In this document: positions 34,435-46,620 of the stretch, piece after piece
Layout: every line of letters begins with the position of its first letter
Numbering within the stretch: position 1 is the first letter of the stretch
Origin: an uncultured Actinomycetes bacterium
GTDB lineage: Bacteria; Actinomycetota; Thermoleophilia; Gaiellales; JAICJC01
Assembly (NCBI GenBank): GCA_963797175.1
Contig: CAWCOL010000005.1
Coordinates: 653,100-717,099 of the forward strand
Direction of reading: 5' to 3'
DNA: 64,000 bases
Program-made: the position numbers and the translations under genes
Notes under the pieces: generated by a model
The model's input: the letters and a program-made list of their open reading frames with translations, nothing else
Told to the model about the DNA's origin: nothing
The model's database searches: none

Positions 34435-35584
34435 AGCCGTATCCGTAGCCGAACTGCGTCGCCTCGTCGGGCTCGTCCGCGTGGACGTGGATCGACTGGA
34501 GGATCCCGATCGCGAGCAGGTTGGTGAGGGTGTGCGAACCGCCGTAGCTCATGAATGGCAGAGGAATGCCCGTGATCGGGGCGATCCCAATCGTCATTCC
34601 GATGTTGATGAAGACCTGGAACATCAGCATGCTCACCACGCCGGCCGCGACCAGGCTCCCGTAGGTCGATCGCGAGAAGGTGATCAGCTTGAGGCCGCGC
34701 CAGATCAGCAGCATGTAGAGCGCGATCAGCCAGGCGGCCCCGACGAACCCGCGCTCCTCCCCCACCACCGAGAACACGAAGTCCGTCGCGTGCTCGGGCA
34801 GGTAGTCGAGCCGCGTCTGCGTCGCGCCGTGCACGCCCTTGCCGGACACGCCGCCGGAGCCGATCGCGATCACGGACTGGTTGAGGTGGAAGCCGTTGCC
34901 CTGCAGGTCGGTGCGGTCGGGGTGCAGGAAGGCCGTCAGGCGGTCCTGCTGGTAGGGCTGGAGCACCTGCACACCCGCGCCGGGCAGGATCGAGAAGACC
35001 ATCGCGATGCCCACCGCGCCCGCCAGCCCCAGCCAGGCGAAGTGCCGCCACGGCGCGCCGAGCACGAACAGCACGCCCATCGTGATCGCGCCGTAGACCA
35101 GCGCCGTGCCGAAGTCGGGCTCGAGGAAGACGAGCAGCGCCGGCACCGCCATGTAGCCCAGCGCCATCAGCGTCAGCCGGTTGTCGCTGACCGAGCCGCG
35201 GTAGCGCACCAGCATCCCGGCCAGGCCGAGGATCAGCAGCAGCTTGCCGAACTCGGACGGCTGGAACTGGAAGAACCCGAGGTTGATCCAGCGCTGGCCG
35301 CCCTGCACCGACGAGCCGATCGCGAGCACGGCCACGTTGGCCAGCAGCACGAAGCCGTAGACCCACCAGCCCACCCGCCGGAAGACCCGCGGCGGGACCG
35401 CCGCCAGCACCAGCATGCCGATCGTCCCGACGACGACGTAGCCCAGCTCGCGGTCGAAGTAGTACGTCGGCCGGCCGGGGACGTCGTTGCGCGTCGCGTT
35501 CTCGATGATCCACAGGCCGAACGACGAGATGGCCAGCGTCGTCGCCAGCATCAGGTGGTCGAGGTGTCGGAGGTAATGGCGCAT
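34427..35584 (-). CDS. rodA: SEDS-family peptidoglycan polymerase RodA
   Basis: ATG at 35584 (MRHYLRHLDHLMLATTLAISSFGLWII...). Motifs FQPSEFGKLLLIL, TDFVFSVVGEERGF and GIPLPFMSYGGS. It follows mrdA. Confidence 0.9.
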   Translation of the reverse strand: MRHYLRHLDHLMLATTLAISSFGLWIIENATRNDVPGRPTYYFDRELGYVVVGTIGMLVLAAVPPRVFRRVGWWVYGFVLLANVAVLAIGSSVQGGQRWINLGFFQFQPSEFGKLLLILGLAGMLVRYRGSVSDNRLTLMALGYMAVPALLVFLEPDFGTALVYGAITMGVLFVLGAPWRHFAWLGLAGAVGIAMVFSILPGAGVQVLQPYQQDRLTAFLHPDRTDLQGNGFHLNQSVIAIGSGGVSGKGVHGATQTRLDYLPEHATDFVFSVVGEERGFVGAAWLIALYMLLIWRGLKLITFSRSTYGSLVAAGVVSMLMFQVFINIGMTIGIAPITGIPLPFMSYGGSHTLTNLLAIGILQSIHVHADEPDEATQFGYGYGYG

Positions 35585-37626
35585 CAGTGGGACTGGTCGG
35601 TGCCCTTCACCGTGGTCACCCGCTCGTTGGGATGGAAGTACGCCTGGAGCACCTCGCGCGCCGCCGGCGCCGCCGAGACGCCGCCGTGGCCGCCGTTCTC
35701 GATCAGGGCAACGACGACGATCTTGGGATCGTTGTACGGCGCCCAGCCCGCCCACCAGGCGTACGGGTCCTGGTTGATCTTGTCCGCCGTGCCGGTCTTG
35801 CCGGCGACCGCCGGCTGGAACGTGCCGAACACCGAGGTGGACGTGCCGTCCGAGGCGTGGGTGGCCTGGTAGAGGCCCTGGCGGATCTCGTCCACGAACG
35901 TCGGCGAGAGGTGCAGGTTGCGCTGCGGCCGCGGCTGGATCCGCTCCAGCACCCGATGGGTGACCGGGTCGGTGATGTCGCTGCCGACGTGCGGCGTGAC
36001 CAGCGAGCCGCCGTTGGCGAGCGAGCTGTACGCCGTCGCCAGCTGGAGCGGCGTGATCTGCAGGTCGCTCTGGCCGATCGCCATCGTGATGTCGTAGCCC
36101 GGCTGCCAGTCCTGGTCGATCGGGTTCGAGTACGTCTCCAGCCGCCACTGCTTGTCCGGCACGAGGCCGCTGGGCATGTACGTCCGGCCCAGGTCGATCG
36201 GCGACGGCGTGCCGAAGCCGAACCGGCGCAGCAGGATCGGGAAGTGGTCGCTGGTCGAGTTGCCGTAGCGGCGGTAGAACTCGTCGCCGAGCCGGTAGAA
36301 GAACGTGTCGCACGAGATCTCGAGCGCGCGCGGCAGGTCGACGTCGGCGCTGTAGGCCGGGTCCCAGTTGTGGAACACGGTCAGCGGGTCGCCCGGGTCG
36401 GAGAAGGTGGGCGAGCAGAGCCGGTTCGAGCCGGGGCCGATCAGCCCCTCCCACCAGGCGGCCGCGGCGGTGAACGGCTTGAACGTCGAGCCGGGCGCGA
36501 ACAGCCCCTGGAACGACTGGTCGACGAAGGCGCCGGAGCGGAGCGCCTGCTTCACCTGAGCCTGCGAGTTGTAGACGCGCGGGCTGTACGTGGGCACGGA
36601 GGCCATGGCGAGGATCGCGCCGGTCTTGGGGTTCATCGCCACCAGGGCGCCCTTGGCCGCGCTCGTCTCACCGTCGTGGTGGGCGACGTTGATGCCGTCG
36701 TAGATCGCCTTCTCGGCGGCCTGCTGGAGGCGGGCGTCGATCGTCAGCTGCAGCGTGCCGCCCATCTGCGGCTGGGCGACGAACACGGGCTGGCCGACGG
36801 CGTGGCCGCCGGCGTCGAAGCTCTGGTCGAGCTGCCCGGGCTGGCCGCGCAGCAGCCGGTCGTACGTGTACTCGACGCCGCCGTGGCCGACGGACGAGTC
36901 GTACGGCAGGCCCTTGAAGTTCGGGTCCTTGAGATCCTCGGCCTGGATCGTGCTGACGCGCCCCAGGATCGCGCCCATGCCGGGGAAGCTCGAGTACGAG
37001 CGCTTGTAGGTGCGCAGGAAGCGGACGCCCGGGAAGTGGTCGCGGCGCTCGAGCACGTACGCCAGCTGGGCATTCGTCACCGAGCCCAGGGTGACCGGCG
37101 GCCCCGCGTTGATCACGTACCGGGCGTGCCCGGGCCCGTTCAGAAGCGGCTGTTCGTAGGCCTTCCACAGCGCGTGCGGCGTCCGCTTCAGGATCGGTGC
37201 GAGGTCGGCCAGCTCCTGGCAGCGCGACTGGCGCGCCAGCTGGGAGCAGCGGGGCACGGCGCCGACCGGCATCGAGGACAGCAGCGACTCGCAGTGCGCC
37301 GCGGAGGCGCCCAGCGTCGAGCAGTCGAGCGTGCTGGAGATGGTCGAGGGGTCGACCTGGATCAGCGTCGTGGAGACGTTGTCCACCAGGACACGACCGC
37401 TGGAGTCGACGATCTGGCCGCGCTGCGGCGGGATGTCGATGGTGCGCACCTCGTTCTGGGTCGCCTGCGCGACGTAGTGGTCGGAGCGCAGCACCTGGAG
37501 CGCCCACAGGCGGAACAGCAGAACGCCGAACAGCACCGCCGCGACGACGGCGAACGTCGCCGCGCGGACGGCGAGCCGCGTGCCGTCATGCTCGGGCTCG
37601 CGCTTAGGCTGTGGCGGCTGCAGCAC
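35584..37626 (-). CDS. mrdA: penicillin-binding protein 2 (elongation transpeptidase)
   Basis: 680-aa ORF with an N-terminal TM helix and PPQRGQIVDSSGRVLV. The transpeptidase motifs are STFKPF, (S)xN and KTGTA. Confidence 0.9.
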   Translation of the reverse strand: MLQPPQPKREPEHDGTRLAVRAATFAVVAAVLFGVLLFRLWALQVLRSDHYVAQATQNEVRTIDIPPQRGQIVDSSGRVLVDNVSTTLIQVDPSTISSTLDCSTLGASAAHCESLLSSMPVGAVPRCSQLARQSRCQELADLAPILKRTPHALWKAYEQPLLNGPGHARYVINAGPPVTLGSVTNAQLAYVLERRDHFPGVRFLRTYKRSYSSFPGMGAILGRVSTIQAEDLKDPNFKGLPYDSSVGHGGVEYTYDRLLRGQPGQLDQSFDAGGHAVGQPVFVAQPQMGGTLQLTIDARLQQAAEKAIYDGINVAHHDGETSAAKGALVAMNPKTGAILAMASVPTYSPRVYNSQAQVKQALRSGAFVDQSFQGLFAPGSTFKPFTAAAAWWEGLIGPGSNRLCSPTFSDPGDPLTVFHNWDPAYSADVDLPRALEISCDTFFYRLGDEFYRRYGNSTSDHFPILLRRFGFGTPSPIDLGRTYMPSGLVPDKQWRLETYSNPIDQDWQPGYDITMAIGQSDLQITPLQLATAYSSLANGGSLVTPHVGSDITDPVTHRVLERIQPRPQRNLHLSPTFVDEIRQGLYQATHASDGTSTSVFGTFQPAVAGKTGTADKINQDPYAWWAGWAPYNDPKIVVVALIENGGHGGVSAAPAAREVLQAYFHPNERVTTVKGTDQSH

Positions 37627-38152
37627 GATCGATCCGGATCTTGACGGGGAACAGGCGCCGCAGCAGCGGCAGCAGGATGAGCGCGACCAGCGCGGTCTCG
37701 AGGATGGTGGGGATGACCACCTGCGTCAGCGCGAACGCCACCGGCGTGCCCTCGCCCAGCATCACCTGGAGGACGACCATGCCGATCTGCACCAGCGTCG
37801 CGCCGGCGATGACGTAGGCGAACTGGAGCAGCGGCGGCACGGCCGGGGGCGGCGCCGGCACCGGCCCGACCGCCTCGGCGGGCTCGACCCGCATCGCCAC
37901 CCACACGCCGACGCAGACGTAGAGCAGCGAGGAGAGCCCGATGTGCTGGGTGGACTGGGCGTCCAGCAGCACGCCGCCCAGGAACCCGGCCAGCGCGGCC
38001 GCGATCATCCCGCGGCGGATGGCCAGCACCACGACCAGCACCACCATCAGGTCGGGCGCAGCGCCGGTCGGCATCAGCTGCGGCATCATCGAGACCTGGA
38101 GGACGACCAGGAGCAGCGTCGCGACGACGATCTTGAACGGGTCGAGGATCAC
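37604..38152 (-). CDS. mreD: rod shape-determining protein MreD
   Basis: 182-aa polytopic ORF between mreC and mrdA. ...PDLMVVLVVVLAIRRG...GFLGGVLLD... Confidence 0.8.
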   Translation of the reverse strand: MILDPFKIVVATLLLVVLQVSMMPQLMPTGAAPDLMVVLVVVLAIRRGMIAAALAGFLGGVLLDAQSTQHIGLSSLLYVCVGVWVAMRVEPAEAVGPVPAPPPAVPPLLQFAYVIAGATLVQIGMVVLQVMLGEGTPVAFALTQVVIPTILETALVALILLPLLRRLFPVKIRIDRAAAATA

Positions 38153-39023
38153 TTCGTCCCCGGCTTCGCCTCGAGCACGAGCACGTCCGTCAGGTCGCTG
38201 AAGTCCACGAACGGCTTCACCTGGATCGTCTGGAACGTCTGGCCGTCGTCGATCGAGACGCTCGAGACGGTGCCGATCAGGATCCCGCGCGGGAACAGCG
38301 AGGTGAGGTTGGTGTTGCCGGCGTAGCCCGTGGTGACGATGACGTCGCCGTTTCTGACCGCCTCGCCCGGCGCGACGTTCTCGAGCGACAGCAGCCCGGC
38401 GTCGGACGGCAGCAGGATGCCCTTGGCGCTGCCGTCGTTGAGGCCGGCGGAGACGGCGCTCTCGCTGTCGGTGATGAGGCGGACGATGGCCGCCGAGCCC
38501 GTCACCGAGACGACACGGCCGACCAGCGCCCCGCCGTCGTTGTAGGGGCCGATCACCGGGTCGTTGATGTGGACGCCGTCCGCGCTGCCGCTGTTGATCG
38601 TGATCGTGCGGTGGTAGAGATTGGGCGACTGCGCGACCACGGCGGCGCCGATCGGCGTGTAGTCCGACGTCGTGTTGCTGTGCTTGTAGTCGAGCAGCTC
38701 TTGCAGCGTGGCAATCCTCTTCTGATCCTGTTCGGCCTTGAGCGCGTTGGCGCTGGCCCGACGCAGCTCGGCCTCGAGCTTGGTGTTTTCCTGACGGGCA
38801 TCAACCAGCCCGTCGTCCAGTTCCAGCCGTCAACGAAGGGCTGCGTGACGCGGTGCACCACGCCGGAAACGGGTGCCGTGATCGACAGCGCTGAGCGCTG
38901 GATCGACCCGATGACACCACCAGAGCCCTCCCGGAACGAGAGGGTCAGGAGCGTGAGCGAGGCCGCGAGAAGCAGGCCGACGATGACCCGCCGCCGGATG
39001 AGACGGTTGTTGCCGATCAGCAT
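38149..39023 (-). CDS. mreC: rod shape-determining protein MreC, reading frame broken once near 38808
   Basis: The N-terminus (MLIGNNRLIRRRVIVGLLLAASLTLLTLSF...FVDGWNWTTG) is in the 39023 frame. LVDARQENTKLEAELRRA...AVVAQSPNLYHRTITINSGSADGV is in the 38149..38640 frame. The junction ggctggtt looks one base short. Confidence 0.85.
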
Positions 39024-39091
39024 TTGCAGGCGGTTTGCTGGGGCGCAAGTCTACCCCATGGGGTCTTCGGACTTGGTTGGTCCAGGAAACC

Positions 39092-39907
39092 TCAGGAGAT
39101 GGTGCCGTTGATCGCCAGCACCAGCACGACCGTGCCCAGCACGACCCGGTAGGCGACGAAGATGCCCAGTCCGTGGCGCGTCAGATACCGCAGCAGGAAG
39201 GCGATCGAGGCGTAGCCGACGACGAACGCGAGCACCGTGGCGATCGCCGTGGGCACGGCGCCGGCGCCCCCCGCCTCGCCCACCTTGCGCAGCTCGAACA
39301 GGCCGGAGAGCACCACCGCCGGGATCGAGAGCAGGAAGCTGTAGCGGGCCGCTGCTGTGCGGTCGAGCCCGCGCCAGAGTCCGGCGCTGATGGTCGCGCC
39401 CGACCGCGAGACGCCGGGCACCAGGGCGAGCGCCTGGGCGAAGCCGATGACGACGCCGTCGGTGCGGTTGAGGTCGGGCAGGTGGCGCCGCAGCGAGGCG
39501 GTGCGGTCGGCCGCGAGCATGACCAGGCCGAAGACGATCAGGCTGGCGCCGATCAGCTTGAGGTTTCGGGCGCCGGTCTCGATCGAGTCCTTGAAGACGA
39601 ATCCGAAGATCGCGATCGGGATCGTGCCGAGGATGATGTACCAGCCCATCCGCGAGTCGAGCTCGGAGCGGGCGGCCGGGTCACGAAGGCCGCGCAGCCA
39701 GGCCAGGAAGATGCGCAGGATGTCGGCGCGGAAGTAGAGCAGCACCGCCGCCATCGTGCCCAGCTGGACGACCGCGGTGAACGCGGCGCCAGGGTCCTCC
39801 CAGCCCAGGAACGCAGGGACGATGCGCAGGTGCGCCGTGCTGGACACGGGCAGGAACTCGGTGAGGCCCTGGACGACCCCGAGGACGATCGCCTGAAACG
39901 CGGTCAA
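39092..39907 (-). CDS. uppP: undecaprenyl-diphosphate phosphatase
   Basis: 271-aa ORF MTAFQAIVLGVVQGLTEFLPVSSTAHL...SRSGATI... This is the canonical BacA/UppP motif set. Confidence 0.9.
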   Translation of the reverse strand: MTAFQAIVLGVVQGLTEFLPVSSTAHLRIVPAFLGWEDPGAAFTAVVQLGTMAAVLLYFRADILRIFLAWLRGLRDPAARSELDSRMGWYIILGTIPIAIFGFVFKDSIETGARNLKLIGASLIVFGLVMLAADRTASLRRHLPDLNRTDGVVIGFAQALALVPGVSRSGATISAGLWRGLDRTAAARYSFLLSIPAVVLSGLFELRKVGEAGGAGAVPTAIATVLAFVVGYASIAFLLRYLTRHGLGIFVAYRVVLGTVVLVLAINGTIS

Positions 39908-39943
39908 CGGCGGCGGTCGTCGGCGGGAGCGGCACTCACGGAT

Positions 39944-40630
39944 TCAAGCGTACATGGCGGACCGGGACTGTCCAGCCGCACGGATGTCGGCGAAGATGTC
40001 GATCAGCCCGTCCACGGTGGCGAGTGCGCTGGTGCCGACCAGCCGCTCGTGCCACGGCTCAAGCGGCAGCCGGTCGAGCGCCTCCGCCAGGTCGGCCCGG
40101 TGAGGGCCGTCGATCTCGGCGTGGCGCAGCAGGCAGCCGAACGCCGAGCGCGGATGCCCGGTGCGCTCGATCAGCGCCTCCACGGCCGGCGCCGACGGCG
40201 GGATCTCCATCACCGCCATGTGGCCGAGCAGCGCGACCGGATGGCCGCGGCGGATCCACTGGCGCTGGGCGCCCTTGAGGGCCGCGACGGCCGGCGACGG
40301 CACCCGGGTGAGCACGGCGTCGGCCGGTAGCCCCAGCGCCTCCAGATCGGTCAGTGCCCAGGCGTCGTGGCCGCGCTCCTCCTCGATGTGGCCGTCCAGG
40401 TAGACGGCCAGCCCGGCGGCGACCTCGTCCCCGCCCTCCGCGAGCTCCGCCGCCCGGTCGCGTGCGGCCGTCAGCTCGGGCACGGTCTCGCGCATCAGGT
40501 CGTGCAGCGTGGCCAGGTACTCCGGGTAGAGGGCGGCGGCGTCCGGGGCCTCCCAGACGGCCGCGCCCGCGCGGTCGAGCAGCGGCAGCGCGACGTCCAG
40601 CGTTCCCGCCAGGCGGGCCGACGCGGTCAC
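39944..40630 (-). CDS. heme-oxygenase-like (PqqC/TenA-fold) iron-dependent redox enzyme family protein
   Basis: The GTG at 40630 overlaps the radical SAM stop (GTGA). 228 aa, all-helical, with YLDGHIEEERGHDAWALTDLEALG and ...LLGHMAVMEI... ExxH-type motifs. The family assignment comes from motif memory. Confidence 0.55.
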   Translation of the reverse strand: MTASARLAGTLDVALPLLDRAGAAVWEAPDAAALYPEYLATLHDLMRETVPELTAARDRAAELAEGGDEVAAGLAVYLDGHIEEERGHDAWALTDLEALGLPADAVLTRVPSPAVAALKGAQRQWIRRGHPVALLGHMAVMEIPPSAPAVEALIERTGHPRSAFGCLLRHAEIDGPHRADLAEALDRLPLEPWHERLVGTSALATVDGLIDIFADIRAAGQSRSAMYA

Positions 40631-41589
40631 CGGGCACCCGCCGCGAGCTGCTCGGCCAGCGCGGCGACCGGCCGGCGCATGATCGCGCCCATCGCCGCGC
40701 CGGCCGGCTCGAGCGCGTGGCACGTCTCGCAGACGCCGTCACAGACCGGCGTGCCCGCCTCCTCGGCCAGCCACACCGGCCCGAACGCGCGGATCGCCCG
40801 CAGCGCGTCGCGCCGCTCGACCCGGCGGCGCACGGCGGGCCAGCCGTCCCGGCCCGCCTGCCCCAGCCGCAGGTGGGCCGGCACGGGGCCGTCCACGGTG
40901 CGCTGGGAGCAACAGGCCACGATCGTGCCGTCGAAGGCGACGACCGGCCAGGTGGCGAGGTCGCAGCCGCCGCCGGCCGGCGGGCCGTCCGTGCCCTCGG
41001 CCCACGCCGCCGCCCGGCCGACCGGCGCGAGCAGCGAGCCGAGCACCGGCACGCGCCCGCCGAACCGCGCGGCCAGCAGCTGCTCCACCCCGGCCGCCCA
41101 CGGGTCGTCCGCGCGGCCGCGGGTCAGCTGCACGCTGACGTCCATGCCCCACCCGGCGAGCCGGTCGAGCAGCCACACCACGTCCTCTACGGGCACCTCG
41201 GCCTGGTGCCACTCGTCCATGCTCACCGCAACGCCGTCTACCGCGCGCAGCGCTGCCTCGACCGTCTGCGGGATCCGCCGGCGCGCGGCGAACCACGCGC
41301 CCGTCGTCACCTCGGTGGCAACGCCGACGGCGCGGCAGCGATCGGCGATCGCCGCCACCAGCCGCGGCCGCAGCAGCGCCTCGCCGCCCGTCATCAGCAC
41401 GGCCGCGGGCCGGTCCTCCGCGCTGAAGCTGTCCACCAGGGCGAGGAACCGTTCCCCGCCGTGCTGCTCGGAGCGCATCGTCGAGCGGGTCGAGCAGTGC
41501 GCGCAGTGCAGCGGGCAGCGCCTGGTCAGGCTCAGATAGACGCCGGCCGCGGGCACCGACCGCAATGCCAGGAGGTCGGAGAGCCGCAC
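40627..41589 (-). CDS. radical SAM enzyme with Cys-rich SPASM/twitch-like C-terminal region
   Basis: 320-aa ORF. LSLTRRCPLHCAHCS (CxxxCxxC) is near the N-terminus. The C-terminal cysteines are GGGCD...IVACCSQ...PVCDGVCETCH. It starts 9 nt after the small ORF's stop. Confidence 0.85.
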   Translation of the reverse strand: MRLSDLLALRSVPAAGVYLSLTRRCPLHCAHCSTRSTMRSEQHGGERFLALVDSFSAEDRPAAVLMTGGEALLRPRLVAAIADRCRAVGVATEVTTGAWFAARRRIPQTVEAALRAVDGVAVSMDEWHQAEVPVEDVVWLLDRLAGWGMDVSVQLTRGRADDPWAAGVEQLLAARFGGRVPVLGSLLAPVGRAAAWAEGTDGPPAGGGCDLATWPVVAFDGTIVACCSQRTVDGPVPAHLRLGQAGRDGWPAVRRRVERRDALRAIRAFGPVWLAEEAGTPVCDGVCETCHALEPAGAAMGAIMRRPVAALAEQLAAGAR

Positions 41590-41598
41590 GACGCGTCC

Positions 41599-41817
41599 CT
41601 AGTACGACATGCGGCCGACGGCGTCGGTGACCGGCCGGAACTCGGCACCGCCGAGCACCTTGACCTTGTTGTTCATCGAGACGAGGGCCGCCACCTCGTG
41701 CCGGGAGAGGTGCTGCAGCAGCTGGTTCTGCTCCTCGGACAGCTCGTTGACGGGGAAGCCCTGTGCCTCCAGGTCGGCGATCGGGTCATACGGCGGGCGG
41801 GGGCGATCATCGGACAC
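41599..41817 (-). CDS. 72-aa candidate precursor/partner peptide of the radical SAM enzyme
   Basis: GTG at 41817 is preceded by GGAGG with 6-nt spacing. MSDDRPRPPYDPIADLEAQGFPVNELSEEQNQLLQHLSRHEVAALVSMNNKVKVLGGAEFRPVTDAVGRMSY has an acidic helical N-terminal part and a C-terminal ...GRMSY. Confidence 0.65.
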   Translation of the reverse strand: MSDDRPRPPYDPIADLEAQGFPVNELSEEQNQLLQHLSRHEVAALVSMNNKVKVLGGAEFRPVTDAVGRMSY

Positions 41818-41897
41818 GGCCTACCTCCGGAGTCGATGCGAGGTTCGTGAACCTATCAGATGCCTGGAAGGTCGCCGCGGCTGGATACACTCGCGAC

Positions 41898-44888
41898 ATG
41901 GCGGGGGCCGCGGAGCGACGCGTGGTGACGGTGCTGTTCGCCGACCTGGTCGGATCGACCGGTCTGGCGGAGCGGCTCGACGCAGAGGCGGTGCGGGCGC
42001 TGCTGGAGCAGTACTTCGCGCTGGCCGCGCGGGCGATCGAGGCCCACGGCGGGACGCTCGAGCGCCTGATCGGCGATGGCCTGCTGGCGGTGTTCGGGCT
42101 CGACCCGACGCACGAGGACGACGCGCTCCGGGCCGTCCGCGCAGGCCTCGAGCTGCGGGCCGCGCTGGAGGAACTCGAGCCCGAGGCGGAGGGCCGCTGG
42201 GGCGGGCCGCTGGGCGTGCGCATCGGCATCAACACCGGCGAGGTCGTGGTCGGCGAGACCGGCGAGGGCGTCCGCACCGTGATCGGCGACGCGGTCAACG
42301 TCGCCGCCCGGCTCGAGCAGGACGCGTTGCCCGGGCAGATCCTGATCGGGGCGGTGACGCAGGGCATGGTCGCCGCGTGGGCCGAGCTGGAGCCGCTCGA
42401 GCCGCTCGAGCTGCGCGGCAAGCGGGAGCCGGTGCCGGCCTGGTCGGTGGTGGCCGTGGACGATCCCACCGCACCGGCCGACCGTCCCCACGACGTGCCC
42501 CTGGCGGGCCGCGAGCGGGAGCTGGCGCTGTTGCTGGACGTGGTCGAGCGATGCACGGACGACCGCGCCGCGCACCTGGTCACGCTGCTCGGCCCGACCG
42601 GCATCGGCAAGTCGCGGCTGGTGCGCGAGTGCGTGGACCGGCTGGGCGACCGGGTGACGCCGGTGGTCGGCCGCTGCCTGCCCTACGGTGACGGCATCAC
42701 CTTCTGGCCGCTGAACGAGGTGGTCGGCCAGCTGTGCGCGGGCGGCGATCCCGGCGAGCTGCTGGGCGACGGCGGCGAGGCGGCCGCCGCGGCCTCGCTG
42801 ATCCGCGCCGCGACCGGCCGCGGCACGGCCGTCGGCGGCCTCGACGAGACGTTCTGGGCCGTGCGGCGGCTGTTCGAGGCGGCGGCCCGGCCGCGGCCGC
42901 TGGTCTGCGTGTTCGACGACGTCCAGTGGGCCGAGCCGACCATGCTCGACCTGATCGAGCACCTGGCGGACTGGATCGCGGACGCCCCGGTCACGCTGAT
43001 CTGCATCGCCCGCCCCGAGCTGCTGGAGCGCCGCACCGGCTGGGCTGGGGGCAAGCTGCGCGCGACGTCCGCGATGCTGGGGCCGCTCGACCCGCGGCAC
43101 TGCGACGAACTGGTCGACCGCTTCCTCAGCCAGATGGGCGGTTCCGCCGGCTCGCTGCCCGCCGAGACCCGCCGCGAGGTGTTGGAGGCGACCGAGGGCA
43201 ACCCGCTCTTCATCGAACACCTGCTGCGCGCCGTCGGCCCCGACGGCGCCGCCCCGGCCGAGATGCCGCCCACCGTGCAGTCGGCGATCGCGGCCCGCCT
43301 CGACGCGCTCTCGCCGGCCGAGCGGCGCGCATGCGAGCTGGGCGCGGTGATGGGCAAGGTGTTCGCGGCGTCGGCCATGGAGGCGCTGGACGACGAGGAC
43401 GCCGCCGAATCGCTCGGTGCGCTGGCCCCGCTTGTCCGTAAGGGCATCCTCCGCTCCTCTCCGGTTCACCTGGGCGACCGCGACGCCTACCGCTTCACCC
43501 ACCTGCTGATCCGCGACGTCACGTCGGCGCGGATGTCCAAGCAGCGGCGCGCCGAGCTCCACGAGCGCTTCGCCGGCTGGCTGCGCGGCCGGTCCGACCC
43601 GGCGCCCGACGCGCTGGTCGGCTACCACCTGGAGCAGACCGTGGTGCTCCGCCGCGCGATCGGCCTGGCCGGGCCCGAGCTGGACACCGTCGCCGTGGAC
43701 GCGGCGACGCTGCTGACCTCCTCGGCACGGCGCTCGGAGGCGATGTTCGACCTCCCGGCAGCGGTGCGCCAGCTGGAACGGGCCGAGCTGCTGCTGCGCT
43801 GCGACGAGCCGCGGCGGCTGGAGCTGCTGCCCGCGCTGGCCCGCACCCGGCACCGGTCGGGCGACCTGGCCGGCGCCGGCGCGGTGCTGGACGAGGCGAT
43901 CGTGGGCGCGGCCGCCTCGGGTGACCGCCGCACGGAGGCGCTGGCCGCGCTGGGGCGGGCGGTGACCCGGATCGACGCGCCCGGCGGGCGCGGCGAGCTG
44001 GCGCGAGCGGCCCAGCGGGCGGCCGACGTGTGCGAGGCGGCGGGCGACGGCCGCGGGCTGGCCCAGGCGTGGGCGCGGCTGGCGCTGGTGCGCCAGATGG
44101 AGGGCCGCTACGGCTCGGCGGCCGAGGCCCACGAGCGGGCGCTGGGGCACCTGTCGCCGGGCGAGCCGGAGCAGCTGCTGCTGGTCGGGAACCTCGCCCT
44201 CTGCCATGCCCTCGGGCCGCTGCCGGCCGCTCAGGCCCTGGCCCGGTGCGAGCGGCTGGAGGCCTCCTGCGAGGGCTCCTCGCCGATGACGGCGGCCCTC
44301 GTCGCCGGCCCGGCGGCGGTGCTGCGCGCCCACACCGGCGCGATCGCGGCGGCCCGAGCCCAGATCGAGCATGCGCGGCACCTGGCCGAGGACATCGGCG
44401 AGGCCGAGGCGGCCGGTCACATGCGGATGTTCAGCGGGATGATCGAGGAGCTGGCCGGCGACCTCGACGCCGCGTTCGCCCACCACCAGGCGGCGGCCGA
44501 GTGGCTGGAGCGGGCCCAGGACGACCCGGCCGAGGCGCTGGTCGGCATGAGCCGCTGCCTCACCCGCCAGGGCGACGCCATCCGCGGACGGGAGCTGGCC
44601 GAACGGTGCAGCGGCGCCGTTCCCGACGACCTCAACGTGCAGGTGCTGTGGCGCGTGGCGCTGTCACGAGCCGACGCCGCGCTGGGCGAGCCCGCCCGGG
44701 CCCGCTGCGCCGCCGAGCAGGCGGTCGAGCTGACCCGGCGGATGGAGTGCCCGGAGCTGCTGGCCGACGCGCTGCGGGCGCTGGGATCTGCCCTCGCCGC
44801 GGCCGGCGGCGACGGGAGCGTCCAGATGGGCGAGGCGCTGGCGGTGGACGAGCGCAAGGGGCTCGCCGTCCGCGTCGGCCTGACGAAG

Positions 44889-44897
<9 letters not shown>
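41898..44897 (+). CDS. class III adenylate/guanylate cyclase domain - AAA/NTPase - TPR-like large regulator (STAND-type)
   Basis: ATG at 41898 (MAGAAERRVVTVLFADLVGSTGLAERL...IGDGLLAVFG...GINTGEVVVGE...IGDAVNVAARLE), then the P-loop LLGPTGIGKSRLV and a long Ala/Leu-rich helical repeat region. 999 aa. Confidence 0.85.
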
Positions 44898-46616
<1,719 letters not shown>

Positions 46617-46620
46617 CGGT

